64,000 nt of DNA from an uncultured Candidatus Saccharibacteria bacterium (lineage in GTDB: Bacteria > Patescibacteriota > Doudnabacteria > UBA920), in contig CAYYQK010000001.1 of assembly GCA_964473815.1 (NCBI GenBank), forward strand, positions 243,845-307,844, in the 5' to 3' direction. Position 1 is the stretch's first letter. Every line of letters begins with the position of its first letter. The notes below the pieces were generated by a model. That model ran no database searches and was not told the DNA's origin. It saw nothing but the letters and a program-made list of their open reading frames with translations. The translations under genes and the position numbers were made by a program. Shown in pieces: positions 55,989-64,000 of the stretch.

Positions 55989-58451
55989 TTATACGACAAT
56001 ATTCACTATTCGGCCCGGGACGAAAATAAATTGCTTTGGTTCTTTTTCGTCTAAATATTTTTGCACGGTTTCATCTGCAAGAACTAACTGTTTTACTTCT
56101 TCCTCACCTGCTTCAGCTGGCACTTCGACTTCGCAACGTTTTTTGCCATTGATCTGCACTGGCAATAAAATTGTTTCTTCCTTAAACAATTCAGAATTAA
56201 ATTCAGGCCATGGGGAAGTATGGATAGTTTTTTCTTCACCAAAACTTGCCCAGAGCTCTTCGGTCATATGCGGCGCAATTGGCGCAAGTAATTTCAAAAA
56301 TAATTTAAAATCAGTAGGGGAGACTTGTAATTCAGAAATTTCGTTCAAGCAAATCATCAAACTCGCAGCTGCGGTATTAAACTTAAAAGTTTCTATATCC
56401 CCGCTCACCTTTTTTATTGTCCGATGAATTGATGCTAATGCTTTTTCATCAGTTTGTCCTGCATTTTCTTTTTGCACTTTTTCTGCAAATCGCCACACGC
56501 GTTCTAGAAAACGGCGACTCCCTTGCAAATCATTATCATTCCACGGTGCGGGCTTTTCGTAAGGACCAATGAACATTTCATATAGACGAAAGGCATCTGC
56601 ACCTACTTCATTCACAACATCCTCAGGGCTGCGACTATTCCCCTTTCGCTTCGAAATTTTTGTTCCATCTGATGCAAGAATATATCCCAAAAATTCTAAA
56701 CGAGAAAAAGGTTCTGGAAAATCTACCATGCCGGCGTCTTGCATCACTTTATGCCAAAAACGACCGTAAATTAAGTGGGCTACTGCATGATCTGCACCAG
56801 AGTAAACATTTACTGGTCCCCAATACTTGGCAGATTCTTTTGAGAAAGGCTCTTCAGTATTGTGTGGATCCATGTATCGCAGCCAATACCAAGATGACCC
56901 TGCCCATTGCGGCATAGTATTTGTTTCGCGTTTTGCGGGGATCCAGTCAGCATCTTCGGGTCCGGCTACGTCCGCAGTTTTTACTTCGCCTGTTGCCGGA
57001 TTTATTTGTGCATTCACCCATTCTGGAATTCCTGCTAAGGGCCCTTCGATGTTCCCTGTTGGTTCATAGCTTTCAACTTTTGGCAGCTGCATGTTAACTA
57101 AAAATTCTGGAATTACCGGCACTGCAAAAAATTCCTCTGGCTCATCTGAACCCTCAACATCTTCTTTGTAAGTTACAGGTTCGCTTGGCAACCAATCTTT
57201 CACAGGCCCTTTAGCGATTTGGTCGTAAGCCTCCCGGCCTTGCACCCAAACAATAGGAAAAGGTTCACCCCAAAAACGCTGACGGGAAAATACCCAGTCA
57301 CGAATTTTGTATCGCTTTTGTGCTTTGGCGTTTACTTTTTTCGCAGCTGCTTGAATGTTCATGCTTTCAAACGGCGCAACTTCCCAGCCCATTATCGCAG
57401 CCATTTCTTTGTCGCGCTCATCTAAGAAAGGTACAGCCATTATCGCGCCAGTTCCATAAGAAGATAAAACATAATCGGCAACAAGAATTGGTACTTCGCC
57501 ACCAGTGACAGGGTTTGTTGCAGTCACGCCTTCAATCACCACGCCAGTTTTCACATTCATAGTTTGTCTATCTAACTCAGTTTTTTGTCGTGCCTGTTCG
57601 ATGTAATCTTCAACATCTTTTGTATTTTGGGCATGCGCTAACAATTCTTGTACCAAAGAACTATCTGGGGCGAGCACCAAAAAATTTACACCAGGCAAAG
57701 TTTCAATCTTGGTTGTGTACACCGGCACATTAATTCCAGCAGAAGTTGCAAACTCAAAATCATAGCCTTCACTGCGGCCGATCCAATTGCGCTGTGCGTT
57801 CTTAATTTTTTCGGGCCATTCATCAAGTAAATCTAAATCATCAATTAAACGATCGGCATATTTGGTAATTAATAACACCCATTGCCGCATCGGCATTTGG
57901 TAAACCGGATAGCCGCCGCGTTCGCTCTTTCCATTTACAATATCTTCATTGGCGAGGACAGTTCCTAAATCTGGGCACCAGTTCACGACTGTATTTTGAT
58001 TCACTGCCAAACCACGACGAAAAAATTCTAGAAAAATTCTTTGCGTGTGTTTGTAATATTCTGGATCAGTGGTATTAACTTCGCGCGACCAATCATAACC
58101 AATGCCAAGCATTTTTAATTGACGCTTAAAAGTTTCAATATTCCGCTCAACAGTTAAGCTCGGATATTCTTTTTTTTCAATCGCGGTTTCTTCTGCAGGC
58201 AAACCAAAAGCATCCCAACCCATTGGGTGCAAAACATTATGGCCTTGCATGCGCTTCATGCGTGAGTAAACATCGGTGGCAACATAACCACGCGGATGCC
58301 CTACATGCATACTGCTTCCGCTCGGATATGGAAACATGTCGGCCACATAAGCAGTCGGTCGAGAGTCATCAAAGTTTTCAGCTCTATAGATTTCGTCAGC
58401 GTCCCACTTTTCCTGCCACTTGCTTTCAAATTTTTTCGGGTCAAACGTCAT
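55989..58451 (-). CDS. leuS: leucyl-tRNA synthetase
   Basis: MFPYPSG..HVGH, GWDAFGLPAE, RDWVFSRQRFWGEP, KISKR. Confidence 0.97.
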   Translation of the reverse strand: MTFDPKKFESKWQEKWDADEIYRAENFDDSRPTAYVADMFPYPSGSSMHVGHPRGYVATDVYSRMKRMQGHNVLHPMGWDAFGLPAEETAIEKKEYPSLTVERNIETFKRQLKMLGIGYDWSREVNTTDPEYYKHTQRIFLEFFRRGLAVNQNTVVNWCPDLGTVLANEDIVNGKSERGGYPVYQMPMRQWVLLITKYADRLIDDLDLLDEWPEKIKNAQRNWIGRSEGYDFEFATSAGINVPVYTTKIETLPGVNFLVLAPDSSLVQELLAHAQNTKDVEDYIEQARQKTELDRQTMNVKTGVVIEGVTATNPVTGGEVPILVADYVLSSYGTGAIMAVPFLDERDKEMAAIMGWEVAPFESMNIQAAAKKVNAKAQKRYKIRDWVFSRQRFWGEPFPIVWVQGREAYDQIAKGPVKDWLPSEPVTYKEDVEGSDEPEEFFAVPVIPEFLVNMQLPKVESYEPTGNIEGPLAGIPEWVNAQINPATGEVKTADVAGPEDADWIPAKRETNTMPQWAGSSWYWLRYMDPHNTEEPFSKESAKYWGPVNVYSGADHAVAHLIYGRFWHKVMQDAGMVDFPEPFSRLEFLGYILASDGTKISKRKGNSRSPEDVVNEVGADAFRLYEMFIGPYEKPAPWNDNDLQGSRRFLERVWRFAEKVQKENAGQTDEKALASIHRTIKKVSGDIETFKFNTAAASLMICLNEISELQVSPTDFKLFLKLLAPIAPHMTEELWASFGEEKTIHTSPWPEFNSELFKEETILLPVQINGKKRCEVEVPAEAGEEEVKQLVLADETVQKYLDEKEPKQFIFVPGRIVNIVV

Positions 58452-58511
58452 ATTTCTTCGATTTCGTACGAATTACCCGATTATTATAGCAAAAAATCGC
58501 CACATGGGCGA

Positions 58512-58694
58512 TTATTTGCGTTTTTTTGGAACTTTCGCACCAGCTTCTCTGGCTTCAGAAATTCCGATTGCAATCGCTTGCTTGCGACTGGTAACTTTTT
58601 TCCCGCTTCTACCGCTTTTTAGTTTTCCACTTTTATACTCATGCATCACCTTACCAACTTTTTTCTGCGTGGTCTTACTATATTTTCTTGGCAT
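58512..58694 (-). CDS. small basic DUF6496-like protein
   Basis: KVMHEYKSGKLKSG..KVTSRKQAIAIGISEAR. Confidence 0.85.
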   Translation of the reverse strand: MPRKYSKTTQKKVGKVMHEYKSGKLKSGRSGKKVTSRKQAIAIGISEAREAGAKVPKKRK

Positions 58695-58753
58695 AAATCT
58701 TTACTTAATTATATTCAAAATAATAAAGCAAGTTTATGAGAAATGTGTTAAAA

Positions 58754-59257
58754 CTATTTTTTTAATACGAATGCAATTTCTTCTTTTATACCATCGATGC
58801 ATTCGTAATTTTTTATTTCTTCTGCATTAACCCAGGCAAAATCAGTAAAGCCGCCAGCTTCTGGAACAACATCACCACTTTTATATTCTGCAGCAAATTT
58901 AATTAATAGGGTTGGAGTTTCGTCTGGCCGGACATAGGCCACACTGTTGATATAAGTTAGTTTTGACTCTATTTCTATCCCCGCTTCTTCTCGAACTTCG
59001 CGCGCCAGCAAGTCTTCAATTGCATTTTCAAAATCTAAAACTTCTCCGTTAATCCGCGACGGGTTTTGTAGATCCAAATCTTTCCATTCTAATTTTCCGC
59101 CCGGCACTGCAAATTTACCAGGGTGAACTTTTTCTCGCTCATCACGTTTCAAAATTAAACACCGCCCATCATCACGCCGAAATACAATTACATTGGCAAC
59201 AACATAAAACAACTTTTCTACTTTGGCATTATCAATACTGATTTTTGACGCTATCAT
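58754..59257 (-). CDS. NUDIX hydrolase
   Basis: PGGKLE...LAREVREEAG, Nudix box with insertion. Confidence 0.88.
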   Translation of the reverse strand: MIASKISIDNAKVEKLFYVVANVIVFRRDDGRCLILKRDEREKVHPGKFAVPGGKLEWKDLDLQNPSRINGEVLDFENAIEDLLAREVREEAGIEIESKLTYINSVAYVRPDETPTLLIKFAAEYKSGDVVPEAGGFTDFAWVNAEEIKNYECIDGIKEEIAFVLKK

Positions 59258-59682
59258 TTTATATATCCTAATCGAGTAAATAATTCTACAGAGGGCGGCA
59301 CTATGTCATTTTTTGACAAATACTCTTTTGATTTCCAATCGATCGCTAGGACATCTCCCGAGATAAAAAATTTACCTCCTAAAAATCTGCAAAGGAAATA
59401 TTTATATATAAAATCTTTTTCAATCCCATCGCTATCTATTTTAGTTTCATATCCGGGTTCAATTTGTTTATCAGTCACATCAATTTCGACTCCCCACTCA
59501 TCCTTCATATACTTTTGCAAAGTCAGATGGTCATCTTGACCGTCGACCGGATCGCAACCAAAAAGATACCAAGTTTCTTTGTAAGGTGAATTTGGTTTCT
59601 TAAGGCGCATCAAAATTGCATCTCCATGGATAGAGTCTTCATTTTCAATTATTGCCATTAATAATTCCTTTTTTGGATTCAT
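59254..59682 (-). CDS. degenerate NUDIX-fold protein
   Basis: PYKETWYLFG, IVPPS; Nudix box eroded. Confidence 0.65.
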   Translation of the reverse strand: MNPKKELLMAIIENEDSIHGDAILMRLKKPNSPYKETWYLFGCDPVDGQDDHLTLQKYMKDEWGVEIDVTDKQIEPGYETKIDSDGIEKDFIYKYFLCRFLGGKFFISGDVLAIDWKSKEYLSKNDIVPPSVELFTRLGYIK

Positions 59683-59684
59683 AA

Positions 59685-60008
59685 TCAGTCTATTATTTCA
59701 ATCGGATAAACATCCGTGGCTGGCTCCTCGTATGGATGAACCTTTTTTATAGCATTCAAGACTGCCCGAAGTTTCTCTTCTTCGCACACAGTTTCGATTC
59801 TATCTTCTGATACCTCTTCAAGCTTGCCAACATCTTCTATTGTTGGATTAGCACCTTGTTCAGGCTTGAATCGACCAGTTCCTTTTATCGTAAAAGTACA
59901 GTGTGAATAATTACCGATCTTGCCAGCGCCAGCATTACCCATTGCTTCCCGCAACTTATCTGCGTGGTCTTCGGGCACGTAGACAACAATTTTAAATCTT
60001 TTGGCCAT
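59685..60008 (-). CDS. stand-alone YqfO/NIF3 PII-like domain protein
   Basis: AGAGKIGNYSHCTF, HPYEEPA; ATG at 60008. Confidence 0.88.
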   Translation of the reverse strand: MAKRFKIVVYVPEDHADKLREAMGNAGAGKIGNYSHCTFTIKGTGRFKPEQGANPTIEDVGKLEEVSEDRIETVCEEEKLRAVLNAIKKVHPYEEPATDVYPIEIID

Positions 60009-60057
60009 ATCTGAAATATAGCAAATTCTGAAGTTTTGTGGTATAATGCAAGCAAAT

Positions 60058-61287
60058 ATGGGTTTTAAGACACAAATACCAAAGTATGCTGCAATTCTCG
60101 CTGTTATGGCACTGATGGTAGAATCAGTGGTTTTTGGCGTGTCTCCAAAAAGTGTGGCCGCTCTCACAACTGATGACCAGATCGCGGCCTTAAATCAAAA
60201 AATCGCCGAGTATCAAGCGCAGCTAAAAAAGATTGGTTCAGATAAAAAAACTTTGCAATCGGCTATTAAAACTTTGGATTTGCAACGCGCGCAGGTAGAA
60301 GCACAAGTGCAGGTGAATCAACATCAAATTCAAACTACAGAAACTCAAATTAATGATTTAAATTCTCAAGTCGACAGCACTCAAAAAACAATTGAGTCCA
60401 ACAAACAATTACTCGCCGAATATATGCGCGAGATGAAACAGCATGAAGATCAACCGTTAATTTTGCGTTTAATTTCTGCGCAAACTTTTTCTGATTTTTG
60501 GGCAGACATCGAAGCAGTTACAAAAATCACGGACTTGCTTCACAAAAAAAGTGAAGAACTGCAGGATCAACAAAATCGTTTAAAAATTGCGCAAGCCAGT
60601 TTGCAGCAACACGAAACAGAGTTAAGTGCGCAAAACGATGACTTAAAAGATAATCAACACTCGCTTAACAACACAATTTCTTCGAAGAGTGATTTGTTGT
60701 CGCAAACCAAAAACAAAGAAGGTGAATATCAGAAGTTGTTAGCCAATGCGAAAAAACAATTGGATAGTTTTTCTGCTTTCACAAAAAATGCTGGTGGTTC
60801 CGGACTCGTTGGCACGCAAACGGTTTGTGATTCTTGGGGTTGTTACTACAATCAACGTGACTCAGCCTGGGGCGGACAAGCACTTAACGGCACTGGCTAC
60901 ACTTTGGCAAGCGATGGTTGTTTAGTTACCTCGGTGGCAATGGTCATGACACACTACGGTTACAAAAAAGTAACACCGGCTTCGATTAATTCGAATCCGG
61001 CGAACTTTGCCTCTTACTACCCTGCTTACTTGATGTACACAGTTAGTAGTGGTGGCGGTACAGCGACTCGTAAATCAGCTGATATTGATTCAACTTTAGC
61101 GGGCGGTGACCCAGTAATTGTTGGCTTAAACGTTAAAGGCGGCACGCACTTTGTGGTTTTGGTTAGCGGGAGTGGCGGCAACTACATTATGCGCGACCCT
61201 TACTACAGCGGCGGCAAAGACATTCCTTTCAGCACATACTATTCTACAAAAAGTATCTTTAGCTCTTCGAGAGTAATCGTAAACTAG
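60058..61287 (+). CDS. secreted coiled-coil (PcsB/CwlO-like) protein with C39-like peptidase domain
   Basis: Signal peptide, long coiled coil, YYNQRDSAW..GCLVTSVAM..HFVVL..DP. Confidence 0.85.
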   Translation: MGFKTQIPKYAAILAVMALMVESVVFGVSPKSVAALTTDDQIAALNQKIAEYQAQLKKIGSDKKTLQSAIKTLDLQRAQVEAQVQVNQHQIQTTETQINDLNSQVDSTQKTIESNKQLLAEYMREMKQHEDQPLILRLISAQTFSDFWADIEAVTKITDLLHKKSEELQDQQNRLKIAQASLQQHETELSAQNDDLKDNQHSLNNTISSKSDLLSQTKNKEGEYQKLLANAKKQLDSFSAFTKNAGGSGLVGTQTVCDSWGCYYNQRDSAWGGQALNGTGYTLASDGCLVTSVAMVMTHYGYKKVTPASINSNPANFASYYPAYLMYTVSSGGGTATRKSADIDSTLAGGDPVIVGLNVKGGTHFVVLVSGSGGNYIMRDPYYSGGKDIPFSTYYSTKSIFSSSRVIVN

Positions 61288-61673
61288 ATACTCAAATAGA
61301 CAAACCAGCACAAATATAATCCAAGAACCAAACACACGATGGCGCTTAAAGCAATCCATGGTGTGTTTTTTCCATACCAGCGTGCGGTTTTTTCTACAGT
61401 TGCTGGTGAAATTGCAAATGCAGCGGACTTGAGGAATAAACTCCAGCCAAGCAAACTAATTACAATCTCTGGGAAATTGCCCCAGACATTGTGAAAATGA
61501 ATCTGGGCAAGGGCTGCTGCCATCCCAACCATGGCAAACAAAAGTCCTGCCAATGTTTCATTCTTTAAATCCTGATAAACCCTTCGGTAGTGATTAGGGC
61601 TGATCAAAATTCCGACGCCGACTGCGACCAAAATTGGTCCCCAAATTTCGGCTAAAAGACTTGTTACGCTCAT
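61284..61673 (-). CDS. four-TM membrane protein
   Basis: HNVW..ISLLGW..LK motif; ATG at 61673. Confidence 0.7.
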   Translation of the reverse strand: MSVTSLLAEIWGPILVAVGVGILISPNHYRRVYQDLKNETLAGLLFAMVGMAAALAQIHFHNVWGNFPEIVISLLGWSLFLKSAAFAISPATVEKTARWYGKNTPWIALSAIVCLVLGLYLCWFVYLSI

Positions 61674-61777
61674 AACATAATTTTTAATGATCTCTACCGC
61701 AAGCGTACGCCTTATTTCCAAAAATTAAAAGTGGATAACAAAAAAACCGCCGCAAGGGCGATTTGTTGTTGGTATGT

Positions 61778-62200
61778 TTACACCATCATCCACTTGAAGA
61801 CAACGGCAATGATTTCCATGCAGACTAGCGATGCGCCAGTGGCAATTAAAATCTTGACCATCATCCAGTTTGGCTTTGTACCTCCAAAGATGACAGCTGC
61901 TACCTGAGTTGGGAAAATAAATCCTAACCAGAAGAAGAATGCAATCCCGTAAATGTTCCAGGTTGGGTTAATGCCGCCCAGCATTAGCGCGAACACAATT
62001 GTCGTGACAAATGTCATGATGAATTGCAGGACCAACCACTTCCACATGTCTCTCATCATATCTTTCTGCTTATAAGCAGGGACTTGATCGAAGCCATGAA
62101 TTTTACCCCAGATTTTGCCAAATAAAGGCATGTACCAAATGAAGCCAAAAACGAACTGCGCGATTGTGGCGAGTATAATCGCCGTGTAATTTAGTTCCAT
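61778..62200 (-). CDS. DUF1761-like membrane protein
   Basis: NYTAI..GFIWY..LFGKIW motif. Confidence 0.8.
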   Translation of the reverse strand: MELNYTAIILATIAQFVFGFIWYMPLFGKIWGKIHGFDQVPAYKQKDMMRDMWKWLVLQFIMTFVTTIVFALMLGGINPTWNIYGIAFFFWLGFIFPTQVAAVIFGGTKPNWMMVKILIATGASLVCMEIIAVVFKWMMV

Positions 62201-62272
62201 GTTTCCATGTTAATGATTATTGATATTATATCAATTTTTTTTGATATAATAAAAATATAAGTTAAAGAAGCG

Positions 62273-62818
62273 ATGAATTCAAAAAATTCAGGATTTACAT
62301 TAATTGAACTGTTAGTTGTAATTACTGTGATTGGATTATTGGCAGCTGTGGTTTTAGTATACGTGAACTATGCCAGAATTACGGCCAGAAATAATAAGCG
62401 CCTCGCTGATGTGACGCAATTAGTCAAAGCGTTCAAACTGGCATCTCCTGATGGTAGTTTACCAGATACAAGTGGTGCCACTTTGATTAGTGGCGGCTCT
62501 AGTTCTGGGTACGCATGTGTAAGCCAAGCTTGCTATGGCGCTTTTTCGGATTACCAAAACTATTGGCCAGTCACTGCTTTTTTATCCCCTGCGCTTTCGG
62601 TATATCCTAGTGATGCATCAGATAATACCCGCACTGCTGGCGGATATTTATTTAACAGCAACTTAGTTGCAAATGCTACTGGGCCGGCTGGGAATTATTT
62701 ACCTTCCGGACCTGTGATTCAGTACTTTTTAGAAATCAGAGGAACACCTAATTGCGGCACTGGAATTTTGTGGAAAGTGACTTCTGATCGCGCCGTCTGT
62801 TATATGTTGTTGAATTAA
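62273..62818 (+). CDS. type IV pilin-like protein
   Basis: Prepilin site G-FTLIELLVVI, ARNNKRLAD, Cys pairs. Confidence 0.9.
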   Translation: MNSKNSGFTLIELLVVITVIGLLAAVVLVYVNYARITARNNKRLADVTQLVKAFKLASPDGSLPDTSGATLISGGSSSGYACVSQACYGAFSDYQNYWPVTAFLSPALSVYPSDASDNTRTAGGYLFNSNLVANATGPAGNYLPSGPVIQYFLEIRGTPNCGTGILWKVTSDRAVCYMLLN

Positions 62819-63420
62819 AAAACACCATAACCAATGAAGCCGTCTTTGTCGGGGGTTGTGTGTTCGACAATCCGGATCGTGCCATATTCATTACCACCGA
62901 TGGTGGTAATTTTTCCGTTGTCGTTTTTTATTACGATGTTGGTATGATTTCCGAACGGACTTGGATTTTCATACAACATTACGTCGCCTACTTTCGGCTG
63001 GTAATTTGAAGCGGCTAGTTTTAATTGATGTTTAGATTTGAAATAATCGCGAAGTGTAATTGTCCCAGGGATGCGCCACGAATTCGAATTGGGGTTTACC
63101 AGCGGCTTCCCTGCTTTTTTGTAGATCCAACTTACAAAATCAGCACACCACGGTTCGCTGACACCTTGAGCATATTTAGTTCCTTGTGGCTGGGCTTTGT
63201 ATTCTTCTTTGAGCAATGTTACTAAATTTTGCTGAGTTGGCGAAAGTTGGGATGTGTCGATGTCTGGAAATCCTGTAAGCACAGTCAGAGGCTCCGGCTG
63301 CGTCGATTTCGGTCCGTTGTTGCTCGACAAAACCACATTCCTGTTCTTATGCAAAACCACGCCTGTAACAACAAATAGTGCGCTCACAAAAATAATGGGA
63401 AGAAAAAACTTCGACTTCAT
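62815..63420 (-). CDS. CHAP-domain amidase/peptidase
   Basis: PWCADFVSW, PKVGD, HTNIV, TIGGN. Confidence 0.88.
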   Translation of the reverse strand: MKSKFFLPIIFVSALFVVTGVVLHKNRNVVLSSNNGPKSTQPEPLTVLTGFPDIDTSQLSPTQQNLVTLLKEEYKAQPQGTKYAQGVSEPWCADFVSWIYKKAGKPLVNPNSNSWRIPGTITLRDYFKSKHQLKLAASNYQPKVGDVMLYENPSPFGNHTNIVIKNDNGKITTIGGNEYGTIRIVEHTTPDKDGFIGYGVF

Positions 63421-63424
63421 AGCT

Positions 63425-63991
63425 TTATTGTGATAAAAACTTTTTTAATTCTTCGGTGTTTGTAAATACATATCCGTGCATACCCACGCCTTTAGCAGCT
63501 TCCACGTATTTTGGATTATCATCAATCATTAAAGCTTCTTCGGGCAAAACTTCTAAATGCTGCAAAATTTTCTGATAGGCCTCGAGTTCGGGTTTAGCAT
63601 AAGCAATGTCGCTTGAGAGAAGAATTACATCAAACAAATCTTCTAATCCTTGATTGCGGGTGATCTCATGGAAAAACGGTGTCATGGTATTGCTCAACAA
63701 CCCCAACTTGTACTCCCCTTTTTGACTGCGAACCAAATTGAGTGAATCTTGTTTTAGCTTGGCTAGAGCAATCCATTCTTTTTCTATTTTCTCGGCATGA
63801 ATGCCAGTCTCGATGGACAAATTAGAAAACAATTCTGCTTGGGAAATTTCTCCTTTGTCTGCCGCTCGCATAAAGCTACTGCGGAATTCCTTGTTGCTGC
63901 CCGGAAAATTGTCATGAAACCAGACAGTCGACACTTCAGAACAAATTACCCCAAAAAAATCAAATATCAATGTATTGATGTTTCTATTCAT
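63425..63991 (-). CDS. HAD-family phosphatase
   Basis: FDFFGV, LLSN, KPE, IDD motifs. Confidence 0.88.
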   Translation of the reverse strand: MNRNINTLIFDFFGVICSEVSTVWFHDNFPGSNKEFRSSFMRAADKGEISQAELFSNLSIETGIHAEKIEKEWIALAKLKQDSLNLVRSQKGEYKLGLLSNTMTPFFHEITRNQGLEDLFDVILLSSDIAYAKPELEAYQKILQHLEVLPEEALMIDDNPKYVEAAKGVGMHGYVFTNTEELKKFLSQ

Positions 63992-64000
63992 TAATTCAGT

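Noticed and set aside
55960-56427. Long antisense ORFs over leuS, the antiporter, rplL and other genes
   Set aside because: They fully overlap well-supported genes and show no motifs; typical shadow frames.
1-64000. Alternative genetic code (UGA=Gly) as in Gracilibacteria
   Set aside because: Core genes read through in code 11 without internal TGA, and several genes end in TGA.

Overview
Bacterial chromosomal segment in genetic code 11 (TGA is used as stop). The gene content and conserved hypothetical families point to Patescibacteria/CPR (Parcubacteria-like); this placement is inference. The backbone is housekeeping: rpmG, tsf, rpsB, rpmE, prfA, prmC, rplY, rodA, dnaE, thrS, map, two adk paralogs, cysS, dnaB, recR, lgt, aspS, scpAB, galE, lexA, rplJL, ppa, leuS, five tRNAs and an ECF sigma module. 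No CRISPR array, transposase, integrase, rRNA or prophage was seen. Four things stand out. (1) Two very compact T-box riboswitches (K-turn, ultrashort Stem I with an apical specifier, no Stem II, intrinsic terminator): Asn-specifying before a non-discriminating aspS, and Thr-specifying before thrS, the latter degenerate and cut off from thrS by an inserted gene. (2) About ten solitary genes, each with its own sigma70 promoter and a GGAGG/AGGAG Shine-Dalgarno, whereas core genes are leaderless or SD-poor. They include a divergent purA, a dead HD nucleotidase, an NMP-kinase-like protein and an outer-membrane beta-barrel-like protein. (3) Three promoter-to-terminator structured transcripts without long ORFs that share an AGGAGG-containing hairpin. 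(4) An exact 47-bp direct repeat bracketing one of the solitary genes. All calls come from reading motifs by eye; no database searches were run.
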